Below are positions 17,042 to 25,781 of a stretch of DNA of 64,000 nucleotides, one piece after another. The translations under genes were made by a program, and so were the position numbers. Positions within the stretch are counted from its first letter, which is position 1, and each line of letters starts with the position of its first letter. Source of the stretch: Desulfotomaculaceae bacterium (GTDB lineage: Bacteria; Bacillota; Desulfotomaculia; Desulfotomaculales; Pelotomaculaceae); contig JAQVOH010000002.1 of NCBI GenBank assembly GCA_028702695.1, positions 45,560 through 109,559 on the forward strand. Direction: 5' to 3'. The notes under the pieces are model-generated. The model made no database searches. It was not told where the DNA came from and saw nothing but the letters and a program-made list of their open reading frames with translations.

Positions 17042-17073
17042 AAAAAATAAAAAAAGGGCTCCTGAAAGCCCTA
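17042..17073 (-). terminator. Rho-independent terminator after the 71-aa gene
   Basis: Minus strand: AGGGCTTTCAGGAGCCCT followed by TTTTTTTATTTTTT. Confidence 0.7.
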
Positions 17074-17113
17074 ATCTTTTCCAAGCCGGCAACTGCCTTA
17101 TCTAGCATTTACC

Positions 17114-17329
17114 TCACCCACCGGGTGCTCTTAAACCTAAACTGCTCATAATAGAACTTAATACACCGGGGATTATTTTAGTGGGGTCGTAGGTTATAGT
17201 TACCCTATTCGGTCCTGTTATTTCTACCTTATTAACCCCTTTCTTGCACAAAATGGCCTTTTTCATCTTATTTACATTTTCTGTATTTCCTAGTCCCGTT
17301 ACAGCAAAATGTGTCTGATAAAGCAACAT
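17114..17329 (-). CDS. 71-aa protein with an HMA (ferredoxin-like beta-alpha-beta-beta-alpha-beta) pattern but no CxxC metal site
   Basis: THFAVTGLGNTENVNKMKKAILCKKGVNKVEITGPNRVTITYDPTKI matches the HMA layout, with GLGNTEN where MxCxxC would be. RBS AAGGAGG. Confidence 0.5.
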   Translation of the reverse strand: MLLYQTHFAVTGLGNTENVNKMKKAILCKKGVNKVEITGPNRVTITYDPTKIIPGVLSSIMSSLGLRAPGG

Positions 17330-17392
17330 TTTTTCCTCCTTGAGTGCCTGCCAATATGGAGGGGACGGGGTTATAACCGCCCCCTTAATTTT

Positions 17393-17971
17393 TTAACGGA
17401 GCGGTTTGCACTGTGGCGGGAATAGTGTGGGCGGGCAGACAAACGGTGGTTGAGGGGAAACCTGTTCACAAACAGCCGGTGTGCAGAAACCAAAGCTTGG
17501 GATAAGTAGCTTAACTATGGCCAGAGATTGGATGACGATGCAAAGGTCAAAGGTGCAGCAGATTTGGTTGCCGAGAATTAGACAGGTGCACGCCGAGCTG
17601 ACAATTTCACAGTTGGTAAAGGTTCCAACCGGCGCACAGAGAACTACAGTTTTGGTGAAGCTGAACACGGGATCGTCAAACGTGCATACTACTTCGCCGC
17701 TGGCATCCAGGACCTGCAGCGTGTAAACGACAGAGATAGCGAAAGTTACATTGGCCCGGCCCGTTGCATCCGGCGCAGTCCTGCTCACTTCCGAACATGT
17801 GGTGCTATCGATAATACAATTGACCGTAGCGCCTTCCGGTGGACTGCATGTGCCTAAAGGGGTGCAGATGTTCTCACGGCGGTCCGCCTCGAAGCAGAAA
17901 TCATAGACCTTCGGTACTTCGATACAGACGGTCTCAAAGGGTGGACATGGCCTTAAGCTTTCAGTATCCAT
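17393..17971 (-). CDS. cysteine-rich (19 Cys in 192 aa) beta-rich protein of unknown family with a Pro/Cys C-terminal tail
   Basis: RBS GGGAGG. Sequence ...VCIEVPKVYDFCFEADRRENICTPLGTC...ICCTFDLCIVIQ...CTPAVCEQVSPQPPFVCPPTLFPPQCKPLR. Coding status is good; function is unknown. Confidence 0.7.
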   Translation of the reverse strand: MDTESLRPCPPFETVCIEVPKVYDFCFEADRRENICTPLGTCSPPEGATVNCIIDSTTCSEVSRTAPDATGRANVTFAISVVYTLQVLDASGEVVCTFDDPVFSFTKTVVLCAPVGTFTNCEIVSSACTCLILGNQICCTFDLCIVIQSLAIVKLLIPSFGFCTPAVCEQVSPQPPFVCPPTLFPPQCKPLR

Positions 17972-18145
17972 AATTTAACCTCCCTGTGGTATAACGGTGG
18001 ATGGGATTGCCGGTATGCCACATATTAATGTATTTATTTCATAAATATGTCATCTTATATTAAATGGTGAAGCTTTTGGTATTTATTTAAAATCATTTGC
18101 CTTTTGGTAAACATTTGCATACTATAATTCAGGAGGTGAGAGGTT

Positions 18146-18592
18146 ATGTACTTGAAACCTTACTTTTATTACCGCCAAAAATACCCCGTACTAAACAAGT
18201 CCACCGAAGACAGCATTAATTCTGCAGAAAACGATTGTAAAGAAGAAACCAGTGGAGCAAATAGTGTCAGCCAAACTTTAGACCAAGCAGAAAGGGCAGA
18301 TAAACAAGCCGGCGATTTAATATCTGGGCCGGACCAGGAAGAGAATCTGGACCCAAAATTAAAATTTGAACACTCCCGCTTCCTAGAGGTGGCGCCCGGA
18401 GTTTTTCAATTCAAACACACCCGTCCGAATAACGTCCAGCACCTGCCTGAGCCTATGGTAAATCGTTATGTCCCTGAAATATTGGCCAGGCCTTCACAAC
18501 CAGACAAAAAGCCGGAAGTAGATGAATTCGTCAGAATCGGTAGGTTCCCTGGAGCAAGTGATTACGGATTACCGGTATACCAGTTTACCTGA
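18146..18592 (+). CDS. hypothetical 148-aa protein (acidic, low-complexity N-terminal half)
   Basis: ATG after AGGAGGTGAG and followed by a strong bidirectional terminator. No family recognised. Confidence 0.55.
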   Translation: MYLKPYFYYRQKYPVLNKSTEDSINSAENDCKEETSGANSVSQTLDQAERADKQAGDLISGPDQEENLDPKLKFEHSRFLEVAPGVFQFKHTRPNNVQHLPEPMVNRYVPEILARPSQPDKKPEVDEFVRIGRFPGASDYGLPVYQFT

Positions 18593-18650
18593 AAGAAGAA
18601 ATAGTACCGGCTGGTGGCCGGCACGACAAGAAAATCATCAAGTCAAAATT

Positions 18651-18694
18651 AAAGCAATAAGAGCCTGTTTGTATTGGCAAGCTCTTATTGCTTT
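18651..18694. terminator. bidirectional terminator between convergent genes
   Basis: AAAGCAATAAGAGC...GCTCTTATTGCTTT, a 14-bp perfect stem. Confidence 0.7.
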
Positions 18695-19160
18695 AGCGAC
18701 CTATAAAGAGCTGGGTAGCAAAAACTCCGTAAATATTTTTGAGCACTCCAATGCCGATTGCATCATGCAGAGGGTTTAAAATATTGTCTCTGTGCTCCTT
18801 GCTACTCATTAACAAGGTATGAACTCTCAGAACTGTTTTGGCCTTGGCTATATTTTCCGCACCCATGACCCTGGCCGTAATACCACTTCTTTTTATCATG
18901 TCAAGAGCAGTCCCGTAGACTGGGGATATGTGGCTAAAATAATTTTCTTCGAACATTTCATTACTTTTTATGCGGGCTAACCAAACCAACTTCTGGTTAA
19001 TTGACAGCAGTGGTAAACCGGACTTAGCTCGTTCCTCGTTAACTTTGCTCAAAAGTAATATTTCATCCGCGTTTAATTCTTGAGCAGTATTGCAACTTAA
19101 TTGAATTGCTGGGACAAAGGATCTAATTCTATCATCTCGTCGCAAAACCGGCCCTCCCAT
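18693..19160 (-). CDS. CAP/SCP-domain protein (YkwD-like paralog) without a recognisable signal peptide
   Basis: VNEERAKSGLPLL...YFSHISPVYGT...MGAENIAKA...EHRDNILNP is paralogous to 15929..16651. The likely start is TTG 19145, after GGGAGGG. Confidence 0.75.
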   Translation of the reverse strand: MGGPVLRRDDRIRSFVPAIQLSCNTAQELNADEILLLSKVNEERAKSGLPLLSINQKLVWLARIKSNEMFEENYFSHISPVYGTALDMIKRSGITARVMGAENIAKAKTVLRVHTLLMSSKEHRDNILNPLHDAIGIGVLKNIYGVFATQLFIGR

Positions 19161-19182
19161 ACATAATCTTATGGATTTAGTA

Positions 19183-19200
19183 TAAGTAATCCATTACTTA
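19183..19200. promoter_or_regulatory. perfect palindrome TAAGTAAT-CC-ATTACTTA just upstream of the CAP paralog (candidate operator)
   Basis: 8+2+8 inverted repeat nested in ATGGATT...AATCCAT...AATCCAT repeats. Seen in sequence only; function not established. Confidence 0.3.
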
Positions 19201-19291
19201 CCAATCCATACTATGCTGTATCAGGAGATATTTGTTACTGTCAGGTACTTATCCTTTATGATAATAGTCTCAATGCGCATTATTGATCATG

Positions 19292-20692
19292 CTATATCGT
19301 TGTTTTAGCATCCCTTCGCTTTAAGAGTGAACATATTTTCATGACTATCCTGACCAAAGGATTTCTCAGTTTACTTTCCATCTCCTGGCAGTTCTCTCTG
19401 GCTGCTGCCAGTTCTTGTTGGGCCATTACGAATGAACGCTGCTGTTCCTCTTCAACTCTGAGTGATTTCTTCAAGTCATTACTCAGGGAGTTGATTTCCT
19501 CGTGGAGCCGGTGTTCCTCGATGGCCGACATATTGCGTATCCGTTCGACCTTTTGTTTTAATTCTATAATTTCTGTTTGAAGTTCAGCCACCCTGGTGCT
19601 GTGCTGCTCCTTTAAGTCGGAGAGCCTCACCTTATTTTCCCTGTCTTTTTCTTTATACTGCTGAAGTTTGCTAAACAGACCTTCCAGACTCCCCTGATTT
19701 TTGGCCAGAATTTCTTTTTGCCTGGCTATCTCCTCTTGAGACTCTCTCGCTCGTCTAACCCACAGCCGGCACTGGTACAGGATGCTGTTGGATTTGGACT
19801 CCAGCTTATTGATATGCTCACGGTAACGAAAAATTTCTCTTTTCCGTAGAGAAAGCAGCAAGTCCTTTTCCGCCATCTGTGTCAGCAGGTAATCGTGTTG
19901 ACCGGTCAGCTCCATTTTTTCAGCCAGAGCTGCTGCTACCTCCCTGTGCCCTGCCATTGCTTCCTCCAGGTTGTTTTGTAAAAAAACCGATTTGCTTTTC
20001 CAGCTATTTCGGTCGCGATGCCATCTTTGCTTTTGCCTGTCGATCATACTAAGGAATTTCTTGAGCAATTCTTCATAGACAACCCTTACCGTTGGATTGT
20101 AACTCCAGACACCCTCCCCCACTGTTTCAAAATAAGGAAATTTATTAAGGACGCTTTCAAGCGTCTTGCTGTCGGTTTCTCGCCAGGTATTTAACAACTG
20201 GTGCAGTTGCTGGATAGAGAGCCCTCCAGGATGGATCTTCATAGCCTTAATAACCAAGTTTTTAAGGGAGTAGTGGCTGGTTTCAACTTCCCACTCAGTT
20301 AAACCCCAGTAACCGTTTGCCAATTGGATAAACCTTCCGTCTGAAATCAGGCTGGCTTCCTCTGAAAACAACTTTTTTACCTTTTTTCTTCTGGCATTGA
20401 TATTTTTAGAAATATCGCGGAGATTTTGAGGTTGGCCTTTTTTAAGCAGCAGTGAGTAAAATTGATCGTTGTCTTTATCACCTTCAAGGTTTAAGCGCCA
20501 GTATTCTTTTTCCCTGTAAAAGCATTCATTTTGTCCGAGGCAAAGGTTTACCTTTTCTTCTACCTGTTGTAGTGTGTAATCTTTAAGCATTCTCCTGTGG
20601 ACGTGTGGAGCCAGCTCACCTACTGACAGGGCTTCGAAAAAGAATAATGTTTTCTTTAAAACGTCTGTAAGGGAATTTAATTTCCCGGCCAT
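19292..20692 (-). CDS. 466-aa protein: three HARE-HTH-like (RpoE-delta N-terminal-like) winged-helix modules plus a ~220-aa coiled coil
   Basis: RBS GGAAGGTGA. Module signatures ECFYREKEYWRLN, DGRFIQLANGYWGLTEWE and FPYFETVGEGVWSYNP. Heptad-rich E/K/L/Q region from ~aa 230 to 440. The domain call is from motif memory. Confidence 0.65.
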   Translation of the reverse strand: MAGKLNSLTDVLKKTLFFFEALSVGELAPHVHRRMLKDYTLQQVEEKVNLCLGQNECFYREKEYWRLNLEGDKDNDQFYSLLLKKGQPQNLRDISKNINARRKKVKKLFSEEASLISDGRFIQLANGYWGLTEWEVETSHYSLKNLVIKAMKIHPGGLSIQQLHQLLNTWRETDSKTLESVLNKFPYFETVGEGVWSYNPTVRVVYEELLKKFLSMIDRQKQRWHRDRNSWKSKSVFLQNNLEEAMAGHREVAAALAEKMELTGQHDYLLTQMAEKDLLLSLRKREIFRYREHINKLESKSNSILYQCRLWVRRARESQEEIARQKEILAKNQGSLEGLFSKLQQYKEKDRENKVRLSDLKEQHSTRVAELQTEIIELKQKVERIRNMSAIEEHRLHEEINSLSNDLKKSLRVEEEQQRSFVMAQQELAAARENCQEMESKLRNPLVRIVMKICSLLKRRDAKTTI

Positions 20693-20978
20693 TTTCCAGT
20701 CACCTTCCTTGTGCTTAATACTTTAACTGTACTTATTAATTCATCATGAATAAGTAGTTTCCTTTTATTGTAAACGAATAAATTGTAAAATAATTCCTTC
20801 ATTATTCAACAATATCCGTTAGCTCTATGAAATAGGTACATGAGTGAATATTAATATTGATTAGAAAGTCCTATAAGCATATAATAATTGTGAAAGGTTA
20901 AATACATAGCCTGAATGGTCGATATTAAAGGGCCAGTGGTAACCGGGGGTTTTCAAATGCTTTATGAGGGGAGCCCGT

Positions 20979-21605
20979 ATGAGCATAGCCTGTTGCGCAG
21001 TAGACTCTATTAATACCTCCCTGCGGGAGCTATTAATAGAGGGTCCGCTGGAAGCCGCAAAACTTGAAGAGCTTTCTATGAATAGTAAACTTACTATTTT
21101 CCGCCCACCGGCCAAACAGAAGGAAGCTCTGTTAGCTATTTCCAGGCTTTCTGAAGGTATGGTTTATATTGCCAGGTATGGTCGAGAGATCATTGGTTAT
21201 GTTACTTTCCACTACCCGGATGACTTCAGCCGGTGGAGTAAACATCCTGCAGTTTTAGAGCTTGGGGGTATTGAGATCAGCCCGGACTGGCGCCAACGCG
21301 GGGTTGGAGTTGCGCTACTGCGGGAAGCTTTCAACAATCCGGTTGTTGAAAACTACATTATCGTAACCGTTGAGTTTTGCTGGCATTGGGACTTAAAGTC
21401 GAGTGGTCTTGATCTGTTTATGTACCAGGAAATGCTAGCCAGGCTTTTTGGTTCGGTAGGCTTGAGCAGACGGGCCACTGATGATCCCGATATTATTGAA
21501 CACCCATCTAATGTTTTGATGGTACGGGTGGGGTCAAATGTGAGTTGTGAGGATGACATGCTGTTTAACAACATGCTATTTGAAGGTGACACGGCTATAA
21601 GCTAA
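20979..21605 (+). CDS. acuA: GNAT acetyltransferase AcuA (acetyl-CoA synthetase-acetylating type)
   Basis: LLIEGPLE...LTIFRPPAKQKEALLAI...GYVTFHYPD...ELGGIEISPDWR...ENYIIVTVEFCWHWDLK aligns along its length with B. subtilis AcuA as I recall it. The ATG at 20979 has a GAGGGGAG RBS. Confidence 0.8.
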   Translation: MSIACCAVDSINTSLRELLIEGPLEAAKLEELSMNSKLTIFRPPAKQKEALLAISRLSEGMVYIARYGREIIGYVTFHYPDDFSRWSKHPAVLELGGIEISPDWRQRGVGVALLREAFNNPVVENYIIVTVEFCWHWDLKSSGLDLFMYQEMLARLFGSVGLSRRATDDPDIIEHPSNVLMVRVGSNVSCEDDMLFNNMLFEGDTAIS

Positions 21606-21646
21606 AAAAAAGGCCTGCAGCATGAAACTGCGGACCTTTTTCTTTC
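21604..21646 (+). terminator. Rho-independent terminator after acuA
   Basis: AGGCCTGCAG-CATGAAA-CTGCGGACCT followed by TTTTTCTTT (one mismatch in the stem). Confidence 0.55.
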
Positions 21647-21816
21647 CTGAGACTAGTAAATGATTACTACCTTCCTCCACCAGCTAGACCGGTAATTTCA
21701 GCGATATATTCCGTCTATTATAGCACAGTCAACAGGGAGCTACATTACCCATGTATACATATGGCTAATTGCACCGGGCGTCACTTCAAATGAAAATAGA
21801 TGTAATTACATCGTGA

Positions 21817-22050
21817 TTAATCCTGTCCCATGATCGAGTGTATACCACGCGTGTAGAAATGGTCTCTCAAGTGGTAAATTAACTTATCCGAGACGGCAAG
21901 TTCACCCGCTATTTCTGAATCACTTTTGTCTTCTTTAATTCCTTCAATAAGTCGGTCATAATCTACCCCTACCTCCTGAGCTATATCCTGGAGGCTTGGT
22001 TCGGTACTCCAGGGAACCCTGCTTTGAATAAAGGAATTACTTTGCTCCAT
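21817..22050 (-). CDS. hypothetical 77-aa protein
   Basis: RBS AAGGAGGG before the ATG. No family recognised. Confidence 0.5.
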   Translation of the reverse strand: MEQSNSFIQSRVPWSTEPSLQDIAQEVGVDYDRLIEGIKEDKSDSEIAGELAVSDKLIYHLRDHFYTRGIHSIMGQD

Positions 22051-22177
22051 AGATACCCTCCTTTCTACAATTAGTGTTCCCTGAGGTGATAAAATAATGT
22101 ATCATGATCTGTATATGACCATCTTAAAGGTGAGAGCGTATTCGATGGAAGTGAAAATATATCCTGTCCTTGGTTTT

Positions 22178-22810
22178 TCAGCAGATGCCGGCATTGTTGC
22201 CGGTTAAATGGGAGCAGTCGTTGAAAAGCGTAAGAATTCCGTACTCCCAACCAGTGAAGTCGAGGATACTCAAAGACCCGTTATGAAGTCCCAGTTGCCA
22301 GTATTTACTTAAATCAATGCCTAGAACACTACACACGATGCTTCTGATTGCGCCCCCGTGGGTTACAACTACCACCTGACCATCACTGTGCCGCGCTACA
22401 AGCTTCTTGATGGCTTTAACCGACCTTTCAATTAACTCATTGTAGGTTTCACCACCCGGTATTCTAATCGAAAACGGGTTTTCCCACCACTGTTTTATTT
22501 CATCAGGAAAAAGCTTTTTTATTTCTGTACTGGTCAACCCTTCCCAGGCCCCAAAGTTCAACTCTCTCAGTCCAGGAACTGTCTCTATGGGCAGGCCATG
22601 ATGGCTAGAGATGATTGTTGCTGTTTCATATGCTCTGACCAGGTCGCTGGCATAAAACGCGTCAAGCTTCAGCGCTGCCAACCGTTTACCCAGGCTAACA
22701 GCTTGCCGGCGGCCACGCTCAGACAATGGTATGTCAGTTCGTCCCTGGAATTTCATGGTTGTATTCCACTCTGTTTCACCATGTCTGATTAGATACACAC
22801 GACAACTCAT
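22178..22810 (-). CDS. cobC: alpha-ribazole phosphatase (histidine phosphatase family)
   Basis: VYLIRHGETEWNTTMKFQGRTDIPLSERG, the RHG motif. Last gene of the cob operon; its start overlaps the cobD stop. Confidence 0.8.
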   Translation of the reverse strand: MSCRVYLIRHGETEWNTTMKFQGRTDIPLSERGRRQAVSLGKRLAALKLDAFYASDLVRAYETATIISSHHGLPIETVPGLRELNFGAWEGLTSTEIKKLFPDEIKQWWENPFSIRIPGGETYNELIERSVKAIKKLVARHSDGQVVVVTHGGAIRSIVCSVLGIDLSKYWQLGLHNGSLSILDFTGWEYGILTLFNDCSHLTGNNAGIC

Positions 22811-23904
22811 TTACTCTCTCCCCGCAGTACGGCTTTAAGGGCTAACAGTAATTTCTCATTTTCCGGGCGGGTTTTTACTGCCAGGCGCAAATAACGTCCG
22901 GCCAGCCCGTTAAAGTCAGAGCATTCCCTGACCAGTACCCCCTGCCTGCCCAGCAGTTCAGTTAATTCAACTGAAGTGAACCCGCTGCCGGCAACATCTG
23001 CCAGGATAAAATTTGCGGCTGCAGGCAGGGGGTGAACACCCTGCAATGAGGCAAGCTGTCCGAAAAGAAATTTCTTTTCACAATTCACTATACTCCAGGT
23101 TTCCTGCATGTGTTCGTAATCCCTTAAGCCAGCTACACCGGCAACCTGGGCCAGAGTATTAACATTCCAGGGATCCTTAGCAGCACTCATGCGAGATAGC
23201 AGTTCCTCAGGCCCGGCTATTGCCCCCAAGCGTAGACCAGGGATGCCAAAGAACTTGGTCATGGAGTAAAGGACCGCCAGATTGGGTTGTTGTCCGGCCA
23301 TTTTGATAACCGAAAAAAGCTCCCGCCTGGGGACAAAATCCATAAATGCTTCATCTATGAGGACCATAACGCCATGCAAACACGCCTTTTCAAGTATGGT
23401 CAGGATTGTTTTGCGTTCTGTCAATCGCCCGGTGGGATTATTGGGATTGCACAGAAAAAGGAGGTCCACGTCAGGCAATGAGCTAATTATTTCATCCACA
23501 GGAAGCCGAAAGCCGTCATCTTCGGGCATGGGCAGTTCAAGCACTTCGCCACCCTGGCACAAAACCGCCAGGGCATATTCACAAAAAGTTGGGACAGGGA
23601 TCAGCACCCTCCTGCACCTGAGTACGCGGACCAGTAGGTATACTAATTCGGCTGCCCCGTTACCCATCAGTAGTCTTTCTTTTTTTACCCCCAGATATGT
23701 TGCCAGTTCAGCCTTTAGCTCAGTACAGTCCGGGTCCGGGTAATTGGAAATCAGGTTAAGGTTTTTCGTGATGGCTGAAAGCAGCTTCCGGGAAGGCCCC
23801 AGAGGATTAATATTGGCACTGAAATCCGTAATATCTTTGACCGGCAGGCCGTATTTACGGGCGGCTTTAGTCACGTTCCCGCCATGTGTGTGTTCAAACA
23901 GCAA
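22807..23904 (-). CDS. cobD: L-threonine-O-3-phosphate decarboxylase
   Basis: HGGNVTKAARKYGLPVKDITDFSANINPLGP plus the class I/II aminotransferase fold, in cob operon context. Confidence 0.85.
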   Translation of the reverse strand: MLFEHTHGGNVTKAARKYGLPVKDITDFSANINPLGPSRKLLSAITKNLNLISNYPDPDCTELKAELATYLGVKKERLLMGNGAAELVYLLVRVLRCRRVLIPVPTFCEYALAVLCQGGEVLELPMPEDDGFRLPVDEIISSLPDVDLLFLCNPNNPTGRLTERKTILTILEKACLHGVMVLIDEAFMDFVPRRELFSVIKMAGQQPNLAVLYSMTKFFGIPGLRLGAIAGPEELLSRMSAAKDPWNVNTLAQVAGVAGLRDYEHMQETWSIVNCEKKFLFGQLASLQGVHPLPAAANFILADVAGSGFTSVELTELLGRQGVLVRECSDFNGLAGRYLRLAVKTRPENEKLLLALKAVLRGESK

Positions 23905-23905
23905 C

Positions 23906-24727
23906 TTACATGACTCCTTTCATAATAGAAACGAAATGCCGGCATATTGGGAGTTGGAGAATAGAATGAAAACCGTAGGACCACCGGAGAATGGGATACA
24001 CTGCAAAGAGCAGGGCTACCTCAAGCAGTTCATTGATTAAGCCGTAGGTATCACCGGTTAAGCCGCCCAACTCCTTGACGATCTTTCTACCTACCAACCA
24101 GGCGATAGAAGCTGCCAGCGCCACCAACCAGGCTCCCTGCAGCCCCAGAATTAATGTGGCGGCAACGGCGGTAATAATGGTTGAGCCTGCTAGCTCCTTG
24201 CTACCCGACTGTATGGCATAAACTTTTCCGAGCCCATCTGGTCTGGCATAAGGAAAGGCTATAACAGCAATAGCCATACCCCACCGGCTCAATACAGGAA
24301 GGATTAGCAGCACTTTTAATAAAACACCGTCCGGAAGTTCGAGCAAGAGGTTGTATTTCAACAACAAAAGGCATATTACTCCGATAACGCCAAAGGCACC
24401 TACCCTGCTGTCCCGCATAATTTCAAGTTTTCTTTCCCGTGCCCGCCCGCTAAAAAGGCCGTCAATACTGTCCATAAAACCGTCCAGGTGCATACCGCCG
24501 GTCAGGACAACCATACCCACGACAAGCAAGGAAGCCTTTACCCCCGAAGGGAATAAATATCCTGCGGCCCATGCCAGGGCGGCCAACAGTCCACCTAAAA
24601 ACAATCCCACAGCAGGAAAAAAAAGGGTGGCCCGGCCGCAGGCTTTTTCATCAAAATTTACATTTGGCAGGGGGAGCCTTGTTAACTGATAAAAAGCCAA
24701 AAGAAAACTTTTCAAAGCTGTCTCCAT
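23906..24727 (-). CDS. cobS: adenosylcobinamide-GDP ribazoletransferase (cobalamin synthase)
   Basis: 273-aa polytopic membrane protein: LTRLPLP...GGMHLDGFMDSIDG...GLTGDTYG. Confidence 0.9.
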   Translation of the reverse strand: METALKSFLLAFYQLTRLPLPNVNFDEKACGRATLFFPAVGLFLGGLLAALAWAAGYLFPSGVKASLLVVGMVVLTGGMHLDGFMDSIDGLFSGRARERKLEIMRDSRVGAFGVIGVICLLLLKYNLLLELPDGVLLKVLLILPVLSRWGMAIAVIAFPYARPDGLGKVYAIQSGSKELAGSTIITAVAATLILGLQGAWLVALAASIAWLVGRKIVKELGGLTGDTYGLINELLEVALLFAVYPILRWSYGFHSILQLPICRHFVSIMKGVM

Positions 24728-24815
24728 TTCAAAAGGGTACCAATTTTTAGGTATTATTAGTAGAATATGTTATACCGGCTATACCAGCCTGGGTATGCTT
24801 GGCATGAGTTACTCC

Positions 24816-25775
24816 TTATGCCAGCAGGTAAAAGCTAACAAGACCTAGTCCTGCAGCTAAAGTTGATGTTGCGTACATAATCCTGACAGCTTGCATGATA
24901 TGAAGTGGTTGGATGGGAGTAACATCCGCCCCCATATAGGCTCTGAAAGATGGGATGCCCTGGTAATAGTTTAAACCACCCAATCTTATACCCAGTGAGC
25001 CGGCAACGGCAGCCTCAGGGATGCCGCTGTTGGGACTGGGGTGGTTGGAAGAGTCACTGATTATCGATGAGATTGCTCCTTTAGGGTTCATCCTGAGCAG
25101 CCAAGTAGCTACCAGGATCAGTAGTCCGGTCAACCTGGCCGGGATATAATTAGCTACGTCATCTAGGCGGGCGGAAGCTTTGCCGAAATTGATGTAGCGC
25201 TCGTTCTTATAGCCCAACATCGAGTCCAGGGTATTGATCGCCCGGTAAGTCATGGCAAGTGGAGCACCGCCCAGCAGGGCATAAAAAACGGGCGAAACAA
25301 TACCATCAACAATATTTTCCGCAACGGTTTCAATAGTAGCTCTGGTAACGTCAGCGGCATCAATTTGGTCTGTATCTCTACCGACAATCAAACCTACTTT
25401 GCGGCGGGCCCCAACCAAATCACCTTCTTGTAGGGAATTATAAACACCACAGGCTGCTGCGGCCAGACTCCTGGCTGCTATAGTGGTGTAAATAACCCAG
25501 ATGGTAAGAAAACAGCCAAACCAGTAGTTTATGGCGAATGACCACCTGACCAGGTAAGTGGTTACCAGCCAACTGCCCCCGGCAACTACGACTGCTACCA
25601 ATGCTCCGCAAGCCAGCAGGGCTGTGGCGCTCCTGGCAAAACAGCGCACCCCCTGTTCCAGCCCTGAGATGGCCCTGCCAATCAAAATCACCGGGTGGGG
25701 CCAACCATGCGGGTCTCCCAAAACCAGGTCCAACAGGTAGGCGGCAAACATGAAAAAACCGGCGTTTATAGTCAT
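24816..25775 (-). CDS. cbiB: adenosylcobinamide-phosphate synthase
   Basis: 319-aa membrane protein: LGDPHGWPHPVILIG...SPNSGIPEAAVAGSLGIRLGG. Confidence 0.9.
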   Translation of the reverse strand: MTINAGFFMFAAYLLDLVLGDPHGWPHPVILIGRAISGLEQGVRCFARSATALLACGALVAVVVAGGSWLVTTYLVRWSFAINYWFGCFLTIWVIYTTIAARSLAAAACGVYNSLQEGDLVGARRKVGLIVGRDTDQIDAADVTRATIETVAENIVDGIVSPVFYALLGGAPLAMTYRAINTLDSMLGYKNERYINFGKASARLDDVANYIPARLTGLLILVATWLLRMNPKGAISSIISDSSNHPSPNSGIPEAAVAGSLGIRLGGLNYYQGIPSFRAYMGADVTPIQPLHIMQAVRIMYATSTLAAGLGLVSFYLLA

Positions 25776-25781
25776 CTCAGT

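Noticed and set aside
21799-21812. Perfect 14-bp palindrome GATGTAATTACATC just downstream of the 77-aa gene.
   Set aside because: It occurs once, leaves no loop for a terminator, and has no partner site. Possibly a protein-binding site, but there is nothing to support a call.
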